Assembly (NCBI GenBank): GCA_018304385.1
Contig: JAGVWJ010000056.1
Span: 1 to 17,338, forward strand
Source of the DNA: Candidatus Micrarchaeota archaeon
GTDB taxonomy: Archaea > Micrarchaeota > Micrarchaeia > Anstonellales > Bilamarchaeaceae
DNA length: 17,338 bases
Direction of reading: 5' to 3'
In this document: piece after piece, positions 14,037 to 17,338 of the stretch
How the letters are laid out: every line of letters starts with the position of its first letter
How positions within the stretch are numbered: position 1 is the stretch's first letter
The notes under the pieces: generated by a model
What the model was told of the DNA's origin: nothing
Databases searched by the model: none
The model's input: only the letters and a program-made list of their open reading frames with translations
Translations under genes and position numbers: made by a program

Positions 14037-14939
14037 ATGGTTTTTTTGAAAACAAGGGCCGTTAAAGGAATAGAATACTATTACGCAGTAGAAAGTAGAT
14101 TAGGTAACCAAACAGATGTTTACTATTTTGGAAATCGAAAACCAACAAAACATGAATGGCAAGCAGTACTGAATGCGCTGGGAAAAAAGGACGATTACTA
14201 TCCAAAAAAACCAGAATGGACTGAAAAACAAGAACAACGAGTCAAAGAACTCAATGGAAGAATGCAAAAGGAATTCAACGAGATGAATGAATCTGAAAAA
14301 GCTAATTTTTATGATAAGTTTTACAATGATTATATCTACAACACGAACTCCATTGAAGGGTCAACACTTACAAAGGATGAAACATATTTCGTGACCCATG
14401 AAAAGCAGGGAATCTCTGGAAAAAGCCTTAAGGAAATCTACATGGCGAGAAATCTGATGCAAGCAATTAATTTTCTAGATGATTATGACGGTACGCTTAA
14501 TCTTGAAATGATAAAAAAATTACATGCGATTGTCCAGGAGAATATCCAGCCAAAGGAAGAACTTGGACAATATAAGAGAAGGCAAAACTACATTACTGGG
14601 ACAGACTTTTTGCCTACTCCACCGAATCTTGTAGAAAAAAGGATGAATGGATTGGTACGCTGGCATGGTCTGAACAAAAAGTACGCGATATTTGAACTCG
14701 CAGCGTTATTTCACATAAAATTTGTAAGCATACACCCATTTATAGATGGAAATGGAAGAGTAGCAAGGTTGTTGCATAATTTTATTTTGAAACGCCACAA
14801 AATTGTACCGTTAATATATAGGACAAAAACTAAACAGACATATTACTCAATGCTTAGGGCTGCCCAACTTTACGGTGAGCACAAAGGTTTTCTGACGTAT
14901 ACTCTAGATGAATTCGTAGCTACCTATGAAGGATACTGA
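14037..14939 (+). CDS. fic: Fic (Fido) domain protein, class II, with extra N-terminal module
   Basis: Catalytic motif HPFIDGNGRVAR (HPFxDGNGRxxR). Inhibitory (S/T)xxxE(G/N) motif TNSIEG N-terminal to the core. IKKLH..V, G.YKRRQNYITG. Confidence 0.95.
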   Translation: MVFLKTRAVKGIEYYYAVESRLGNQTDVYYFGNRKPTKHEWQAVLNALGKKDDYYPKKPEWTEKQEQRVKELNGRMQKEFNEMNESEKANFYDKFYNDYIYNTNSIEGSTLTKDETYFVTHEKQGISGKSLKEIYMARNLMQAINFLDDYDGTLNLEMIKKLHAIVQENIQPKEELGQYKRRQNYITGTDFLPTPPNLVEKRMNGLVRWHGLNKKYAIFELAALFHIKFVSIHPFIDGNGRVARLLHNFILKRHKIVPLIYRTKTKQTYYSMLRAAQLYGEHKGFLTYTLDEFVATYEGY

Positions 14940-15057
14940 CGAGTTAGATAAACCCTGCCCTCGTTAGTTTAACCTAGTGCTTACCTTTTATCGATAATTT
15001 TAAAAAATAGTAGGCATTATGTTGGATCTTTATTTGAGTGCTATAGGGGGACAAATA

Positions 15058-16191
15058 TTAGCCAGTCCTTATTCGTTTTAGTTTAATTCCGCTTAAATCG
15101 AATTTTGCAAGATCTATTTTTGGTGGTTTTTTATCTCCAAAGAGTTTAATTATATCTCCATACTTCCCATCATCAAATGGAGTTTTTACACCGAATAAAG
15201 AACTTAAACTTCTAGTTACAAGACCGCGCTTCACATCAACCTCTTTATCTTGTTCAAAAACACGAAGCATTGGTCTCGCAAGTGCAAGCAGTTTTAATAT
15301 TCTAGGAATGTTTCTTTCAAATTCTGCGAACAGATCGCCTTCTTTCATTTTTTCTGTGAGTTCTTTCATAAAAGAAATGCTGGGCATTGGCATATTCATA
15401 CTGGGAACATCATCAGACAACATAACACCAACTCGGATTACTCTACTCTAAATAAGAAAATCCAGATTACGTGCAGAGACTATGCCACTTGTAAGGGCGC
15501 TTTGCAATAATTCTGAATTTAGAACATCAATATAATATTTGGTAAACCTTGGAGATGGCTTGCCAGCTGGCCAATCAACAGGTCTTGTTTCTACTTGGAA
15601 TATAAAGCGATACTCTGGTCTCTTACCTAGTACTATTCCTTCATCTATGCCTTCTTTCAATCTTTCAATATCTGCCAGTTTTTCTTCCATAGAAACCTGG
15701 GGCAAGAACCCTAGAATACTTATAGTAGTTACGCTATCTTCAGTTCTTTTAACAGAAAATATTGGAGCTTTTGTCTTACTAATGTTTAGAAAATCAATGC
15801 TATGCGCTTCACTAGTAGTATCCTCTCCAGAAAGGCCTGGATTTAAGCAGTTATACCAAGGTGTTGAATCGATCTGTATTTTTTCACCAGTGGCTGGATC
15901 AGTAATCTCTACGAAATTTTGCACTCCGCCATTATACATAATTATTCTAGGATCGAGCTCTGGATGTTCTGCTAAAATGTCTAGATACATTCTTTGGGCT
16001 ACAATTCTACAATCTACATAGCCATTGCTAAGAATTGAAAAAAGCATTCCGCCATCTACCCTTGCTCGTGGATGTGCAAAAAGAGCGTAATCTCCTGTTT
16101 CTAGAAATGGACCAAGACCAACTACGCTATCAGGAGTGTAATGCTTTTGTAAATAATGCTCAGCTAACGCTAAAGTTTCTTCTGATGCCAT
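15058..16191 (-). pseudogene. Transglutaminase-like hypothetical gene interrupted by a single in-frame TAG at 15450-15448
   Basis: ORFs 15448-16191 and 15058-15423 are in the same frame, joined by TAG plus 8 sense codons (...NLDFLI*SRVIRVGVMLSDD...). The N-half has GYVDCRIVA...QNFVEI.DP..GE.IQIDSTPW, resembling a transglutaminase-like C...HxWVE...DPT core. Confidence 0.6.
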
Positions 16192-16212
16192 AAGTATATT
16201 ACATATAAACAG

Positions 16213-16220
16213 TTTTTAAA
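16213..16220 (-). promoter_or_regulatory. Putative TATA box for the gene starting at 16191
   Basis: TTTAAAAA on the minus strand, 21 nt before the ATG; no RBS. Confidence 0.45.
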
Positions 16221-16247
16221 TGTTTCTTTTAGTGGAAAAAAGCGAAT

Positions 16248-16991
16248 TTAGCTAGTAGGTGGCTCTTTTATCAATTTAAGCAGATTCTCCCTGCCGCGCT
16301 TGAATCTTTTTATATAACCTAACTGCTCAAGCTCAGTAAGAACAAGGCTCATATTAGATTGGGAAGCGCCCATTATGTCGCGCAATTCTTTTTGTAACAT
16401 ACGGCCGCCGCTTGATTTCAATATCTCTAATATTTTACGTGATTCGTCATCCAAAGTGTACTCTTCTTCTATTTTCTCCTCTTCTGGTTCTTCATCTTCT
16501 TGCTTCTCGCTTACTGCCTCTTGCTTTTTCAATTGCTTATAAAATAAATAAATAACAATCAGTACAACTGCAGCAGTAAGCGCAATTAACAATGTATTAT
16601 CCTGTGCAGGTGGCTGTGCAGGCGGCTGCACTGGTGGTTGTACTGGCGGTTGCACAACATCGCTATCGTTTTCTGGAGGGTTAAATTTGAATAAGTCGTA
16701 TGGTAAAAGAACCAAATCATATCGCATTAGTTCTTGGCTAACAGTTATTTTTTCTTCAGTATAATATTCAATTTTTCCATCTTTGAAATAAGTAGCAGTT
16801 AAATTATAATTACCAAAAGGAACATCTACGGAATAATTTTGATTTGAGATAAATTGAAGCGTTACCTGGCCTTCAATTTTTACCCTTGTGTTGTTAAGGT
16901 GGGTGAAGCTGTCTCCATCGTAAATATCACCAAAGAGTGTGGCAGAATGTAATAAATTAAGAGATAATAGCAAAAGAAACAAATTTCGCAT
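16248..16991 (-). CDS. Membrane-anchored helix-turn-helix protein (signal peptide, extracellular beta domain, Pro/Gln linker, TM, acidic linker, C-terminal wHTH)
   Basis: Signal-like MRNLFLLLLSLNLLHSA. TM LLIALTAAVVLIVIYLFY followed by KQLKK. C-terminal LDDESRKILEILKSSGGRMLQKELRDIMGASQSNMSLVLTELEQLGYIKRFKRGRENLL. Start moved to ATG 16991 (TTTAAAA 23 nt upstream). Confidence 0.85.
   Translation of the reverse strand: MRNLFLLLLSLNLLHSATLFGDIYDGDSFTHLNNTRVKIEGQVTLQFISNQNYSVDVPFGNYNLTATYFKDGKIEYYTEEKITVSQELMRYDLVLLPYDLFKFNPPENDSDVVQPPVQPPVQPPAQPPAQDNTLLIALTAAVVLIVIYLFYKQLKKQEAVSEKQEDEEPEEEKIEEEYTLDDESRKILEILKSSGGRMLQKELRDIMGASQSNMSLVLTELEQLGYIKRFKRGRENLLKLIKEPPTS
16602..16655 (-). repeat. 12-bp coding tandem repeat (QPPV/QPPA x4)
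   Basis: Plus-strand units ctgtgcaggtgg, ctgtgcaggcgg, ctgcactggtgg, ttgtactggcgg, encoding VQPPVQPPVQPPAQPPAQ. Confidence 0.85.
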
Positions 16992-17115
16992 ATTTATGAG
17001 ATGTGCAATTAGCATTTTAAACCCTATGGAAAGCTTTTGGAAAGTTTCAATCAACAAAGTATTTAAATACCAAAAAATTAATCTCTTTTGTTGAAAAACG
17101 TTTGAGGTGAAGATA

Positions 17116-17338
17116 ATGAAGTGGTTAACAAGTCTGTTTATGATACTGTTTGCAGGTTTGCTTGTCGCAAGTCCTGGATCTTATGTAAAGGTTTTAGCAG
17201 TAGATGCTGATACACCATCTGGATATAGTGTTGATGGTGTTCCTATAACTGTTTTGGATACTAACAAAAATCAAGTTGCTAGTTGTTTAACAACAAAAGA
17301 AGGTTGTAAATTTATTGCTCCTTGGGAAACTAAAATTT
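17116..17338 (+). CDS. Secreted/surface protein, 5' part only (runs off window end)
   Basis: GAGGTGA RBS at 17104-17110. MKWLTSLFMILFAGLLVASPGSYVKVLAVDADTPSGYSVDGVPITVLDTNKNQVASCLTTKEGCKFIAPWETKI..., a signal peptide followed by beta-rich sequence. Not in the ORF track. Confidence 0.8.
   Translation, partial: MKWLTSLFMILFAGLLVASPGSYVKVLAVDADTPSGYSVDGVPITVLDTNKNQVASCLTTKEGCKFIAPWETKI

Noticed and set aside
15019-15081. 20-codon plus-strand ORF MLDLYLSAIGGQILASPYSF
   Set aside because: Too short, no RBS, overlaps the convergent gene end, and no supporting motif.
15448-15450. Genome-wide TAG reassignment
   Set aside because: ftsY (7835-7837) and eif6 (10012-10014) end at TAG at their expected C-termini.
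12501-16021. ORFs 12501-12722, 12653-12928, 12996-13319, 13406-13717, 15539-16021
   Set aside because: Antisense shadows of the ALS gene and the 15448-16191 ORF.

Overview
An AT-rich, densely packed archaeal chromosomal window. It is probably from a DPANN lineage such as Micrarchaeota; this is inferred from gene content, compact spacing and GGTGA/GAGG ribosome-binding motifs, not from a database search. The centre is a conserved minus-strand archaeal translation operon: rps19e, PDCD5-like gene, rpl39e, rpl31e, eIF6, rpl18a/LX, pfdA, ftsY. Two of these genes (rpl39e, rpl18a) are missing from the supplied ORF track. The left flank holds a GIDE/BAM-domain plus LemA pair, an extended SDR coupled to a divergent acetolactate-decarboxylase-like protein, an ArsR-like regulator/membrane protein/CcdA/DipZ-like thioredoxin operon and two orphan genes. 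The right flank holds an acetolactate synthase, a class II Fic protein, an interrupted transglutaminase-like gene, a membrane-anchored HTH protein and a partial secreted protein. Most notable observations: (1) an orphan gene whose 3' end looks like a diversity-generating-retroelement variable repeat, with no TR or RT in the window; (2) three tandem hairpins overlapping a 27-codon ORF inside the ribosomal operon; (3) a hidden +1-frame continuation of ORF 6648-7628; (4) two in-frame ORFs separated by one TAG; (5) heptamer-periodic intergenic arrays; (6) a palindromic operator bracketing the fic TATA box. No rRNA, tRNA, CRISPR array, integrase or transposase could be supported.
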